Shown one piece after another: positions 45,881 through 55,731 of a DNA stretch of 64,000 nucleotides. The notes beneath the pieces are model-generated. The model was given only the letters and a program-made list of their open reading frames with translations. It searched no databases and was not told the DNA's origin. Numbering within the stretch: position 1 is the stretch's first letter; each line of letters starts with the position of its first letter. The position numbers were made by a program, and so were the translations under genes. Source of the stretch: an uncultured Clostridia bacterium (GTDB taxonomy: Bacteria > Bacillota > Clostridia > Oscillospirales > Acutalibacteraceae); NCBI GenBank assembly GCA_947623205.1, contig CANQGM010000010.1:12811-76810 (forward strand), written 5' to 3'.

Positions 45881-46702
45881 ATGCATATAAAACAGTCGTT
45901 AAAATTTCAGATTAATAATTTTAAAACAGCGTCAATCGTTATTTTGGTACTTTACTCAATATCTGCCATATTTCTCATCTCAGTCATCTCCCCTATAATG
46001 TATAAACCAACGGGAATGTCAACATCAACACCAGTGCTAAAAGGTATGGATTCTCTTATAATAATAGCAATGATAATTATTGGATTAAGCGGTTTTAAGA
46101 AAAATTTTTTAATGCATCTTCAAAATTCAGTTTCAAGAAAAACATTTTTTACAACCGAAGTCATTTCGACAGTAATTTCGTCTGCCGCTTTTGCTGTATT
46201 CAACACTTTATACACATTAATTATGAACTTTATTGCAAAGGTATTTATTAATACGCCGAATATGTGGTGCGAAGTACGATCAATTTTCAGCAATAATCTC
46301 GGCGATTATGAAGGTAATGTTAATTTCCTTTGGAAGTATAATAATTTATTCGATATTCTGTGGGCAAATTTAAGTCTGTTTATTTTTTTAACAATTGCAT
46401 TTCTGTTTTGTTCATTTATAGCCTGTGCGCTTTACAGAGCAAACACACTTGGAAAAACCTTGATAATTACTGCATTTCCGGCATTGTCTTATTTTGGATT
46501 ACTTATTGTTAACAAGGTTTATAAAGGCTACTTCCTCCGCGATTTAGATGACACATTTTACTGGATACGCTGGCATATACAAGATTTTTTATGTTTATCT
46601 CCGCAGAACTGCGCGCTGAGTTTAAGTGTATTGGTGCTGATTGCAATATTAATTTTAACGGCGTTCTGGCTTGTGCTTAGAAAAGCCCCGGTAAAAAAAT
46701 AA
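45881..46702 (+). CDS. ABC-2-type permease-like membrane protein
   Basis: About six TM helices; follows the GntR and ATPase genes. Confidence 0.75.
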   Translation: MHIKQSLKFQINNFKTASIVILVLYSISAIFLISVISPIMYKPTGMSTSTPVLKGMDSLIIIAMIIIGLSGFKKNFLMHLQNSVSRKTFFTTEVISTVISSAAFAVFNTLYTLIMNFIAKVFINTPNMWCEVRSIFSNNLGDYEGNVNFLWKYNNLFDILWANLSLFIFLTIAFLFCSFIACALYRANTLGKTLIITAFPALSYFGLLIVNKVYKGYFLRDLDDTFYWIRWHIQDFLCLSPQNCALSLSVLVLIAILILTAFWLVLRKAPVKK

Positions 46703-46727
46703 AATCTTTAAATGCCGCGCTTACCAT

Positions 46728-47324
46728 CTACCTGAAGCAAGAGCATATTTTTTCAAAAATTTCAAGCACTTTAAACTTATATTGATAATCTTCATTTTTT
46801 ACAATATTATATTGCTCATCGTCAAACACGGTCTTTGCCCTTTGGTCTTTGTCTGCCGCGGAAGAAATACAAATTGACGGATACATAACGCACCACCAGT
46901 TATGCCCTTTGCCGCTGCCTATCGTAATTCTCAAAGCATCATACATTCCGGGCGGCATTGTGTAGTTTTCATAATAACGTGTTGTAAAAAACATATTTGT
47001 TATTTCTGCGCTTACCTTGTAGTCATATCCGTTATCCAACACCTCTTTGTAAGCAACGTTACAAATATTTTGCAGATTATCCGAAATCAGGCTTTCCGCC
47101 TCTTCCTTGCTTTTTGAACTTTCAAATAAATTCTGAGTATATAACAGGACTTTATCTCTGACCTTCAGCTTTAAACTCTGATCCTCTTCGCTGTCTGAAT
47201 TTGCCAGAATATGAAGTCTGAATACTTCATTTGAAATATCAGTACATTCTGCCTGAAAAGGAATGGCTGAGTAAATTACAGTAAGTACAAAAGCAATGCA
47301 TACGGCTTTAATAAATAATTTCAT
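46728..47324 (-). CDS. spoIIR: Stage II sporulation protein R
   Basis: FRLHILANSDS..DQSLKLKVRD, PPGMYDALRITIGSGKGHNWWCVMYP. Confidence 0.95.
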   Translation of the reverse strand: MKLFIKAVCIAFVLTVIYSAIPFQAECTDISNEVFRLHILANSDSEEDQSLKLKVRDKVLLYTQNLFESSKSKEEAESLISDNLQNICNVAYKEVLDNGYDYKVSAEITNMFFTTRYYENYTMPPGMYDALRITIGSGKGHNWWCVMYPSICISSAADKDQRAKTVFDDEQYNIVKNEDYQYKFKVLEIFEKICSCFR

Positions 47325-47373
47325 AAAAATAACCTGCCCTTTCTTATAAAAAGTATGGACAGGTTAATTTTTT

Positions 47374-48246
47374 TTAATCAATTATTTTGCATCCGTCTTT
47401 AACGGGTTTGCACAAAAAAACCTCTTTGTATGCTTCTTTCAGTTCAACGCAGCATTTTTTTGCCCTGCGTTCAGATGTAAATATACCGAATACCGCTGAA
47501 CCCGAACCGCTCATTCCTGCTCCGCAGGCTTTATTTTTGAGCATAATGCCCTTTACCTCATTAACCTCGGGTATTTGCAGAGCAATTTCAAAATCATTAA
47601 AAAGTGTGGCTGAAATCTGAAACATATCGCGGCTGAAAAGCGCTTTTACCATTTCATTCGTATAAGAAGCGTGAGGATTTAGCGCGTCAACCTTTTTATA
47701 TGCCTCGGCAGTTGACACGCTTACCGAATCGGGTTTGCATATTACTATATTGTCACAGTTAAATGAAGGAATCTTTTTTAAAGTAGTTCCTATGCCCACA
47801 GCAAGCTTTGTTCCGCCGGCAAGACAAAAAGGAACATCCGCTCCCACTTTCTCGGCAATATTATGCATTTCGTCGGGTTTGAGCATTCTGTCAAACAAGC
47901 TGTTAAGCCCAAGAATGGCTGCCGCGCCGTCGCTGCTGCCTCCGGCAAGTCCCGCCTGAGCAGATATAAGCTTGTGAATATCAATATGTACGCCCTTTAC
48001 TTCCATTTTGCAGTAATCGAAAAAGCTGTATGCAGCCTTTGCGCAAATGTTGCTGTCGTCGCACGGAACTCCGTCATAGTCGCATGAAACCGTTACCCTT
48101 CCGCTGTCATTATCAGACAGCGTAACAGTGTCATAAATATCAACGGCCTGCATTACGGTTGAAATATCGTGATAACCGTCGGGACGTCTGCCTATAACGT
48201 CAAGCGACAAATTTATTTTTGCGGGAGCAAGAACTTTAACTTCCAT
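47374..48246 (-). CDS. ispE: 4-diphosphocytidyl-2-C-methyl-D-erythritol kinase
   Basis: APAKINLSL, AGLAGGSSD, GADVPF, MSGSGSAVF. Confidence 0.96.
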   Translation of the reverse strand: MEVKVLAPAKINLSLDVIGRRPDGYHDISTVMQAVDIYDTVTLSDNDSGRVTVSCDYDGVPCDDSNICAKAAYSFFDYCKMEVKGVHIDIHKLISAQAGLAGGSSDGAAAILGLNSLFDRMLKPDEMHNIAEKVGADVPFCLAGGTKLAVGIGTTLKKIPSFNCDNIVICKPDSVSVSTAEAYKKVDALNPHASYTNEMVKALFSRDMFQISATLFNDFEIALQIPEVNEVKGIMLKNKACGAGMSGSGSAVFGIFTSERRAKKCCVELKEAYKEVFLCKPVKDGCKIID

Positions 48247-49417
48247 TGTTTAACTCCTCTAAAAATTCACAAATACGTTTAAAGGCTGTTTTCAGATGAT
48301 TTATAGAGTATGAATATGACACTCTGACAAATCCCTCTCCGCAGCTGCCGAATGCGGTGCCGGGAACGATTGCAACGTGCTTTTGCATTATTAAACGGGT
48401 GCAAAATTCCTCAGATGTAAGGCCTGTGCTTTTAATGCAGGGAAAAACATAAAACGCGCCGAGGGGCTCAAAGCATTTAAGTCCCATTGCGTTAAAGTTG
48501 TCAACAACAAGCCTGCGGCGCATATCGTATTCATCGCGCATTTTATTGACATCGCAGTCACCGTTTCTAAGCGCCTCAATCGCGGCATACTGTGCCGTTG
48601 TCGGCGCAGACATAATTCCGAATTGGTGCAGCTTTGTCATCATAGAAATAACAGGAGCAGGACCGAGCGCATAACCGAGTCTCCAGCCTGTCATCGCATA
48701 TGACTTTGAAAAGCCGTTAATTACAACAGTTCTCTCGTACATATCATCAATTGAGGCTATTGAAACGTGGCGCCTGTCTCCATATGTAAGCTCTGAATAG
48801 ATTTCATCAGATAAAACAAACAAATCATATTTTTTTACTACTTCTGCAATTTCTTCAAGGTCCTGCTTTTCCATTATCGCTCCTGTCGGATTGTTTGGAA
48901 AAGGCAAAACAAGAAGTTTTGTTTTATCGGTGACAACCGCTTCAAGGTCGGCGGCTTTAAGTCTGAAATTATCTTCATTTTTGGTATTTATAATTACCGG
49001 CGTACCGCCTGCCATTACGGTAAGCGGCTCATAACATACAAAAGACGGCTGAGGAATTATTACTTCGTCCCCCTTTTGCACCAGCGTTCTGAAAGCAAGG
49101 TCAATTGCCTCGCTGCCGCCAACCGTGACAAGCGCTTGGTTTTTTGAATTATAAGAAACTTTAAATCTTCTTTTGTAATATTCACATATCTCCGAAAGTA
49201 ATTCCGAAAAGCCTCGGTTCGGCGAATACCATGTTCTGCCTTTTTCAAGGCTTTTTATACCTTCGTCCCGAATATGCCACGGCGTTTGAAAATCGGGTTC
49301 GCCTATGCTCAATGAAATTACATCGTCCATTTCATTTGCAATATCAAAAAACCTGCGTATGCCCGACGGCTTGACCGTTTTTATTTCATCATTAAAATAT
49401 TTTTGATAATCAATCAC
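48236..49417 (-). CDS. PLP-dependent aminotransferase class I/II
   Basis: IGEPDF, PNNPTG, SDEIY, GFSKSYAMTGWRLG, GAFYVF. Confidence 0.93.
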   Translation of the reverse strand: MIDYQKYFNDEIKTVKPSGIRRFFDIANEMDDVISLSIGEPDFQTPWHIRDEGIKSLEKGRTWYSPNRGFSELLSEICEYYKRRFKVSYNSKNQALVTVGGSEAIDLAFRTLVQKGDEVIIPQPSFVCYEPLTVMAGGTPVIINTKNEDNFRLKAADLEAVVTDKTKLLVLPFPNNPTGAIMEKQDLEEIAEVVKKYDLFVLSDEIYSELTYGDRRHVSIASIDDMYERTVVINGFSKSYAMTGWRLGYALGPAPVISMMTKLHQFGIMSAPTTAQYAAIEALRNGDCDVNKMRDEYDMRRRLVVDNFNAMGLKCFEPLGAFYVFPCIKSTGLTSEEFCTRLIMQKHVAIVPGTAFGSCGEGFVRVSYSYSINHLKTAFKRICEFLEELNNGS

Positions 49418-49896
49418 AGGATCAAGCTCCTCCCGTCTGCCTGATTATCAAAGTCAGTAAGGTTCATTCCCCTGTCCTTGTAGCGGCGCATTATAAAATG
49501 GGTTCCGGTTGAAAGGACGCCGTCGATCGTAGACAGCTTTTTGGCAACGAACATTGCAATATCCTGCATTGATTGACCTTGAACTATAAGAGCAAAATCA
49601 TATGCCCCTGCCATAAGGTAGACTGACTCAACCTCCTCAAACGCCATACACAGTTCTGCCATTTCATCAAAACCCGTTTCCTTTTTGGGAGTTACTTTAA
49701 GTTCAATTAATGCTTCAACATTGCTGTTTTCAACCTCTTCCCAGTTTACTACAGCCTGATAACCCTTTATTATGCCTTTGTTTTCGTACTCTTTGATTTG
49801 CGCCTTTATATAATCCTCCGGTTCGCCGAGCATTGAGGCTATTTCCGCGGTTGTAAAGCCTGAATTTGTACTTAAAAGCTGTAATAATTTATCCAT
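49414..49896 (-). CDS. Lrp/AsnC family transcriptional regulator
   Basis: N-terminal HTH, IIKGY..V, RAM domain (VYLMAGAYD); overlaps the aminotransferase start. Confidence 0.9.
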   Translation of the reverse strand: MDKLLQLLSTNSGFTTAEIASMLGEPEDYIKAQIKEYENKGIIKGYQAVVNWEEVENSNVEALIELKVTPKKETGFDEMAELCMAFEEVESVYLMAGAYDFALIVQGQSMQDIAMFVAKKLSTIDGVLSTGTHFIMRRYKDRGMNLTDFDNQADGRSLIL

Positions 49897-49926
49897 ATTT
49901 CTTCCTCCCAATAAAAATTTAGTATA

Positions 49927-50418
49927 TTATACTGCCGGTACCGCTAAATTGTCAACGGTATTCAATAAGTTGATACATACCGAAGTTGTAACGCAAAGCA
50001 ACTCGTTTTTATCGTCAAAAATATTAATTTCATAACTGTCGCTTATGCTTGAAAAGCTCTTTTGGTGCGTGGCTATTACCGTATTATCCACATCAATTAT
50101 TCTAAAAGTTTTTGCGCAGATGTCTCCGCTTATATGCCAGTTGATACCGTAATAATAACACCCTATTTTGTCGCCCTTTTTGTTTATCATAAGTTTTACA
50201 TTCTTGCCGTTGCCCGCGCCAATTGAATATGCCAAAATTGCCGGTAAGGGCAGCTGACGGATTTTTGCAACAGTTAGGCTTTCGGAATTATTTACTTCAA
50301 GTTTAATTACAGGATAAGTTTTTTTAAAAACAACATAGTATTTCGGTTGTCCGCTTTCACTGAAAACAGTAAATCCTGCGTCAGGCGTTGAAATATCACG
50401 TTTAACAAACAGCTTCAT
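49927..50418 (-). CDS. LURP-one/Tubby-like beta-barrel hypothetical protein
   Basis: Beta-rich pattern (WHISGD..F.I.D..YEINI). Family is recognised loosely. Confidence 0.55.
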   Translation of the reverse strand: MKLFVKRDISTPDAGFTVFSESGQPKYYVVFKKTYPVIKLEVNNSESLTVAKIRQLPLPAILAYSIGAGNGKNVKLMINKKGDKIGCYYYGINWHISGDICAKTFRIIDVDNTVIATHQKSFSSISDSYEINIFDDKNELLCVTTSVCINLLNTVDNLAVPAV

Positions 50419-50501
50419 ATATATCACCGATAATATTATCTAAAATCAAACAAATACAACATAATTTTGTTTTAATATATTTTTAGTATTTTCTAAATTC
50501 G

Positions 50502-52421
50502 TTAATTTACTTTTTCAAGGTCATCAAGCCACATTTTTACAGACGCATCACTCGGCATTCTCCAGTCGGAACGCGGAGATAATGTTACCGAGCCTACCTT
50601 TGGACCGTCGGGCAGGCAGGACCGCTTGAACTGCTGTGCAAAAAATCTTTTTATAAACACTGTAAGCCACTTTTTAATTACCGCGTTATCGTATTTGCCT
50701 TTAAATGAGGTTTTGGCAAGGTAATATATTTTACTCGGTGTAAAGCCAAAACGTACAAAGTAATAAAGAAAAAAGTCATGCAGTTCATAAGGACCAACAA
50801 CATCCTCTGTTTTTTGTGCAATTTTGCCTTCTTTGTCGGGCGGAAGAAGCTCCGGACTGACCGGCGTATCAAGAACGTCGAGCAAAACCTCTTTAAGCAT
50901 TCCCTCAGACTTTTGTGCTTCATATGCAGTGAGATAGCGTACAAGCGTTTTGGGGACAGAAACATTAACGCTGTACATACTCATATGGTCGCCGTTGTAG
51001 GTCGCCCATCCCAAAGCAAGCTCGGACAAATCGCCTGTTCCTATTACAAGTCCGTTGTATTTATTGGACAGATCCATTAAAACCTGCGTGCGCTCTCTCG
51101 CCTGCGTGTTTTCATATATTATGTCAGTTATGGCCTCTTCGTGTTTTATGTCGGCAAAATGCTGACGTACGGCAAGGGTTATGTCAATTTCTTCAAAGGA
51201 AACACCGTATGCGCCGGCAAGCTTTTCAGCATTTGATTTTGTACGCTTTGTTGTTCCGAAACACGGCATTGTAACCGTATGAATATTTTTGCGGTTTATT
51301 CCGAGCATATCAAATGCATGAACGCTTACAATAAGCGCAAGCGTGCTGTCGAGTCCTCCCGAAAGTCCCAGAACCGCATTTTTTATACCCGTATGCTCAA
51401 GACGCGTAGCAAGCCCCGTTGCCTGGATTTTTATAATTTCTCCGCAGCGTTTTGAAAGGTCATCCTTATTTGACGGAACAAACGGCGTTTGTTCAAACTT
51501 GCGGCATAATTTTGTATGCTTTACGGGCATATCAAAATAAACTTTTTTAATATTTAATATTCCTGAATAATCGTTATATGTGTTGATCCTGCGGCGTTCT
51601 CCCATAAGCTTTTGAACGTCAATATCAGCGTATGTCAAGCCCTGTGTAAAGCGCTCGCTCTCCGCAAGAACTGACGCATTCTCCGAAATAATGTTTTGAC
51701 CCGAAAACACCATATCCGTTGTGCTTTCTCCAAAACCTGAGCCGCTGTAAATATATGCACAGCACAGCTTACCGCTTTGAATCTTTACAAGGTCTCTTCT
51801 ATACATTTCTTTGCTGATAACGTCATCCGAAGCCGAAGGATTGCAGATAATCGCCGCGCCTGCCGAGGTAAGGTTAATTGACGGAGAATTTGCCACCCAA
51901 AGGTCCTCGCATATTTCTACTCCGAATGAAAATTCGCTCATATCAGCGCATTGAAAAAACTGATTTTTTGAAAGGTAAACGTCGTTAATTCCCGCATAGT
52001 TAATATATTCATCAGCATATTCACCGCTTGTAAAATGACGCGCCTCGTAAAATTCGCTGTAATTTGGAATATTAACTTTCGGCACTATACCGAGAATGTC
52101 GCCCCTGTAAATTACTACGGCACAATTGTAAAGGGACTGCTTTGAGTCGATAGGAACGCCTATAACAGAAACAATATCAAGCAGTTTTGTTTCTGTCATT
52201 ATTTTTAATACGGCTTTTTCGGCGGATTTTAAAAGCGCGCGCTGTAAAAACAAATCGGAGCAGGTATATCCGGTTACGCAGAGCTCGGGAAACGTAACAA
52301 GCGCGGCGCCGTTAGAATGTGCCTCTTTTATCTGAGAAATTATCATATTTGCGTTTTTGTCGCAATCTGCAACTCTTATTCGCGGAGTTGCTGCCGCTGC
52401 TTTTATAAAGCCGTAATTCAT
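50502..52421 (-). CDS. nadE: Glutamine-dependent NAD(+) synthetase
   Basis: Nitrilase domain (FPEL, VPK, EICED) plus GLSGGLDST, QARERT, GTGDLSE, TPVSPEL. Confidence 0.96.
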   Translation of the reverse strand: MNYGFIKAAAATPRIRVADCDKNANMIISQIKEAHSNGAALVTFPELCVTGYTCSDLFLQRALLKSAEKAVLKIMTETKLLDIVSVIGVPIDSKQSLYNCAVVIYRGDILGIVPKVNIPNYSEFYEARHFTSGEYADEYINYAGINDVYLSKNQFFQCADMSEFSFGVEICEDLWVANSPSINLTSAGAAIICNPSASDDVISKEMYRRDLVKIQSGKLCCAYIYSGSGFGESTTDMVFSGQNIISENASVLAESERFTQGLTYADIDVQKLMGERRRINTYNDYSGILNIKKVYFDMPVKHTKLCRKFEQTPFVPSNKDDLSKRCGEIIKIQATGLATRLEHTGIKNAVLGLSGGLDSTLALIVSVHAFDMLGINRKNIHTVTMPCFGTTKRTKSNAEKLAGAYGVSFEEIDITLAVRQHFADIKHEEAITDIIYENTQARERTQVLMDLSNKYNGLVIGTGDLSELALGWATYNGDHMSMYSVNVSVPKTLVRYLTAYEAQKSEGMLKEVLLDVLDTPVSPELLPPDKEGKIAQKTEDVVGPYELHDFFLYYFVRFGFTPSKIYYLAKTSFKGKYDNAVIKKWLTVFIKRFFAQQFKRSCLPDGPKVGSVTLSPRSDWRMPSDASVKMWLDDLEKVN

Positions 52422-52555
52422 TATTATCAATCCTCATTTTACAAATAACGGTGTTTAAATGCAAAAAATATATCGCAGATTTATACTAATCTACGATATA
52501 TTATAACTCAATATTATTTTTTATACAAGAGTTCAGTTGATCTCACTAATATTTA

Positions 52556-54016
52556 TTACAGCATGGTTCTGGTAAGACGTTTTTTATGAAAAAGATATTG
52601 AGTATTAAGCATAGATTCATATTTTGCAACGTAACAGCTTGTGTAACCCATAATAAGCCAAAACCACATTACTATAAATGAAATGTCAAAAAGCAGCGCC
52701 TTTTCAAAAAGAGAATATATAAGATAGGCAAACAGAAAAGCGAACAAACAGGGATATATGTCGTTGCGAAATGTTTTTTTCTGCGAAAACAAATGCTGTG
52801 CCGCGTGTTTTGCAAAGCGAAAGCCGAAAACTCCAAACAGCAAAAATCCTATTATACCCGTTGACACAAGAATTGTAAGATAACCGTTGTGCAGGTCGCT
52901 TTTATGATATGAATAGCTCAGCTCGCCGTTTGCATATTTATTACTGTAAAAAACAATATTTCCGTTTGAAATTCCGATTATAGGAGACAACTTAAACAAA
53001 TCAAACGATTCTTTCCAAAGCTTGAACCGTCCGCTGTCGATGTTTGAATTTATATGCCCAAAGGTGATTTTACCGTCTTCGCTTCCGCTAATTTCCGATG
53101 AATCGCCGTTATATAAATTATCTCTCTCCCCTGTCAGAATATCTATAAAAGAATTTGTTTTTAACGTAACTACCGAAAAACCTTCCTGGCATATGGTTCT
53201 GAACAGCAGCGCCGAACAAATTAAAAATGAGCCTGCAAGTACAAGTGAAATGATTTTAACTGCTATTTTTGACTTTGAAATATTCTGTTTGTCCGCAAAA
53301 AATATGTAAACAACATACGCAATTAAATATGAAAGAGCAAGCACCATCGACGCATTTGAATCGCACAGCATAAGGGAAAAAAGGTTAGTTGCAATGCACG
53401 AAACAATCCATATTTTGCTGACCCCCGGCTGATCAACGGAGCTCATAAAATTGCCTTTATAAAGCATATGGCAGCATACAACGGACACAACAGATATAAA
53501 TCCAAGCAGGTTCGGATTAACATACACCCCGGTAAAACGGTTTTCATAAATAGTAAACTTTATCCAATACCACTCAAAGCTGACTCCAAAAGCAAGACAA
53601 ATCATTCCTATTATGTTTGCTATCGTGGTTATATATACAATAAACCTTGCTATAAAATACAATTCGTTTTTAAAATCAAATTCCGGCTCGGTGTGCATTC
53701 CGTAAAACACAAAAAAGCAAATAAGTATGTGCAATAACATAACTAAGCTGTAAAGTATAGTCTCAGAAAAATTTAAAATAATGGAAATAAGAGTGCAAAT
53801 TAAAAAAGCTCCTATCCAAAGACCGAACCGCAGCTTAAAAAATGTGTTGTTCCTGCGCTGATTATAACAAACAAAATACACTCCCCACAAAAACAGAAAA
53901 AACAAAATTACATATGCGGGGATTTGCAAAAAGGCTATGTTGCAGAAAAACAAATCTATTATATATATTTTTCTGAATAAAGAAGTATCTTTTAACTTTT
54001 CTTTAAAAAAAGCCAT
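52556..54016 (-). CDS. O-antigen ligase family (Wzy_C) membrane protein
   Basis: About 12 TM helices; GVYVNPN, SGRFKLW and HNGYLTILVSTGIIG motifs. Confidence 0.85.
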   Translation of the reverse strand: MAFFKEKLKDTSLFRKIYIIDLFFCNIAFLQIPAYVILFFLFLWGVYFVCYNQRRNNTFFKLRFGLWIGAFLICTLISIILNFSETILYSLVMLLHILICFFVFYGMHTEPEFDFKNELYFIARFIVYITTIANIIGMICLAFGVSFEWYWIKFTIYENRFTGVYVNPNLLGFISVVSVVCCHMLYKGNFMSSVDQPGVSKIWIVSCIATNLFSLMLCDSNASMVLALSYLIAYVVYIFFADKQNISKSKIAVKIISLVLAGSFLICSALLFRTICQEGFSVVTLKTNSFIDILTGERDNLYNGDSSEISGSEDGKITFGHINSNIDSGRFKLWKESFDLFKLSPIIGISNGNIVFYSNKYANGELSYSYHKSDLHNGYLTILVSTGIIGFLLFGVFGFRFAKHAAQHLFSQKKTFRNDIYPCLFAFLFAYLIYSLFEKALLFDISFIVMWFWLIMGYTSCYVAKYESMLNTQYLFHKKRLTRTML

Positions 54017-54047
54017 TTCATTACCTCATAACCGTAAACAAGTTAAA

Positions 54048-54728
54048 TCAGTCAAAAACCTCTTTAACCGTTTTAAACATCAGCTTAATGTCCGAACTAA
54101 AACAAAAGCTTTTGACATATTCAAGATTATACTTCATTTTCTCCGGCAAAATTTTGCTTACATATATTCCATCAATATTCTCTTGATTTTTTAAAAGCTT
54201 TTCCTCATCTTTATACATTATTGAAGCAAGCGAAGTAATTCCGGCAGGCATAAGCAGAGTGGCATAATATTCAGGGGAATACAATTCCACATACTTCAAA
54301 ACCTCGGGACGAGTGCCGACAATCGACATTGAACCCGAAATCACATTGAACAGCTGCGGAAGCTCGTCAAGGCGGTATTTGCGAAGTGTTCTGCCTATTC
54401 CGGTAACGCGCTCATCGCTTTGCGTAGTGACCGACGGGCCTATTTTATCCGCGTTTTCAATCATAGTTCTAAACTTTAATATTTTAAAATGCCTGCCGTA
54501 TTTTGTAATTCTTACCTGTTTATAAAAAACAGGACCCTCGGATGTCGCTTTTACCGCGGCGGCAATTATTATTATGGGAATAATCAAAATCACAAGCAAC
54601 ACAAGTGAAACAATAACATCGGTTATGCGTTTGAGCGCAAGACTCATACGTTTTTTGCAAAGAATATCATAATATATCTTAACTTCGTCGCACTGAAACT
54701 GCGGCGGAAGCTTTTTTAAAGATTTCAT
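54048..54728 (-). CDS. Priming (undecaprenyl-phosphate) sugar transferase
   Basis: LKRITD, GPVFYKQ.R, KFRTM, LRKYRLDELPQL, VGTRPE, GITSLA. Own promoter TTGAAA-N17-TATACT at 54788-54816. Confidence 0.92.
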   Translation of the reverse strand: MKSLKKLPPQFQCDEVKIYYDILCKKRMSLALKRITDVIVSLVLLVILIIPIIIIAAAVKATSEGPVFYKQVRITKYGRHFKILKFRTMIENADKIGPSVTTQSDERVTGIGRTLRKYRLDELPQLFNVISGSMSIVGTRPEVLKYVELYSPEYYATLLMPAGITSLASIMYKDEEKLLKNQENIDGIYVSKILPEKMKYNLEYVKSFCFSSDIKLMFKTVKEVFD

Positions 54729-54854
54729 TCCGCCGCTCCCTTAACTGCAAAATGACAATATATTTCGTTTTGCGTAATAATACTTAAAGTATATATCTTT
54801 TGGCATTAATTTTCAAGATTTATTTTTGCCCTTAATGAATTACGGCCATAACGT

Positions 54855-54960
54855 AAAAACCGACGGTATCATACCGCCGGTTTTTAGGTAATTTTATGGA
54901 GTATCAAGCACATAGAAAGGAAGTCACTAGCTAATTATTAAGTTAATTATTCTCAATTTA
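54855..54960 (-). ncRNA. Candidate small regulatory RNA (~105 nt)
   Basis: TTGACA-N17-TATATT promoter with TG extension (54994-54966), no ORF, and a terminator CCGGCGGTAT-g-ATACCGTCGG-TTTTT (54855-54885). Confidence 0.6.
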
Positions 54961-55117
54961 TCTATAATATATCATTAACTCTGTGTATTGTCAATACTTT
55001 TTTTTAATTTTTTTTAAAATTTATATATTATTTAATTACCGTGCTATAATTTTTTAAATTACTTGACTAAATGATTAAAACATTGTAAAATTGAATTGAC
55101 TTAAAGGAGGCAATAAT

Positions 55118-55420
55118 ATGTCTAATGAATATACTCCGGACTTAGTAACTCTAATCAGTGATGACGGTGAAGAAATCGAATTTGAAATTCTTGATATAAT
55201 TGAAAATGACGAGGGTAAGTTTTATGTTCTCTTCCCCTACTATGAAAACCCTGCCGATTCTGTAAATGACCCCGGTGAATATTACATTTTTGAAGCTACT
55301 GAAATTGACGGAGAAGAAGAGCTTGCCGAAATTGAAGACGATGAAAAGCTTGACAGAATTGCCGCTGTTTTTGAAAAAAATTATAATGATATTCTTTATG
55401 AAAACGACGAAAACGATTAA
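55118..55420 (+). CDS. DUF1292 family acidic protein
   Basis: VTLISDDGEEIEFEILD..Y.VL..EIEDDEKLDRI; RBS AAGGAGG. Confidence 0.85.
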   Translation: MSNEYTPDLVTLISDDGEEIEFEILDIIENDEGKFYVLFPYYENPADSVNDPGEYYIFEATEIDGEEELAEIEDDEKLDRIAAVFEKNYNDILYENDEND

Positions 55421-55493
55421 AATTTAATTTTGTTTCATATAATATAGAAACAGAAAATTAAACATAAATACGGTTAGACAACTACCTGTCATT

Positions 55494-55673
55494 TCCTGCC
55501 CGATACGCGAATGATTTTAAAATAACCCTACAACATTTTATTCGGGAGCTTGACTCTTTAAGCGGTGTGCAGACCTCCCGTGTACGGACGAAGGGAGCCT
55601 GAAACTTAAAGGAAAGCACCCACCTGCTATACTCGTAGGCAGGTTATTATTCAAATCATACGGTCGGGTGGGG
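55494..55673 (+). ncRNA. ssrS: 6S RNA (SsrS-like)
   Basis: ~180-nt rod: CCTGCCCGA pairs with TCGGGTGGG, ATGATTT with AAATCAT, AATAACC with GGTTATT. Contains GGGAGC and AAGCACCCACCTG segments that I recall from Firmicutes 6S RNAs. Confidence 0.72.
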
Positions 55674-55731
55674 TTTTTTATTATAGTGCTTTATTAACCA
55701 TTATTTTCAAATACAGGAGTAATCAAACTTT

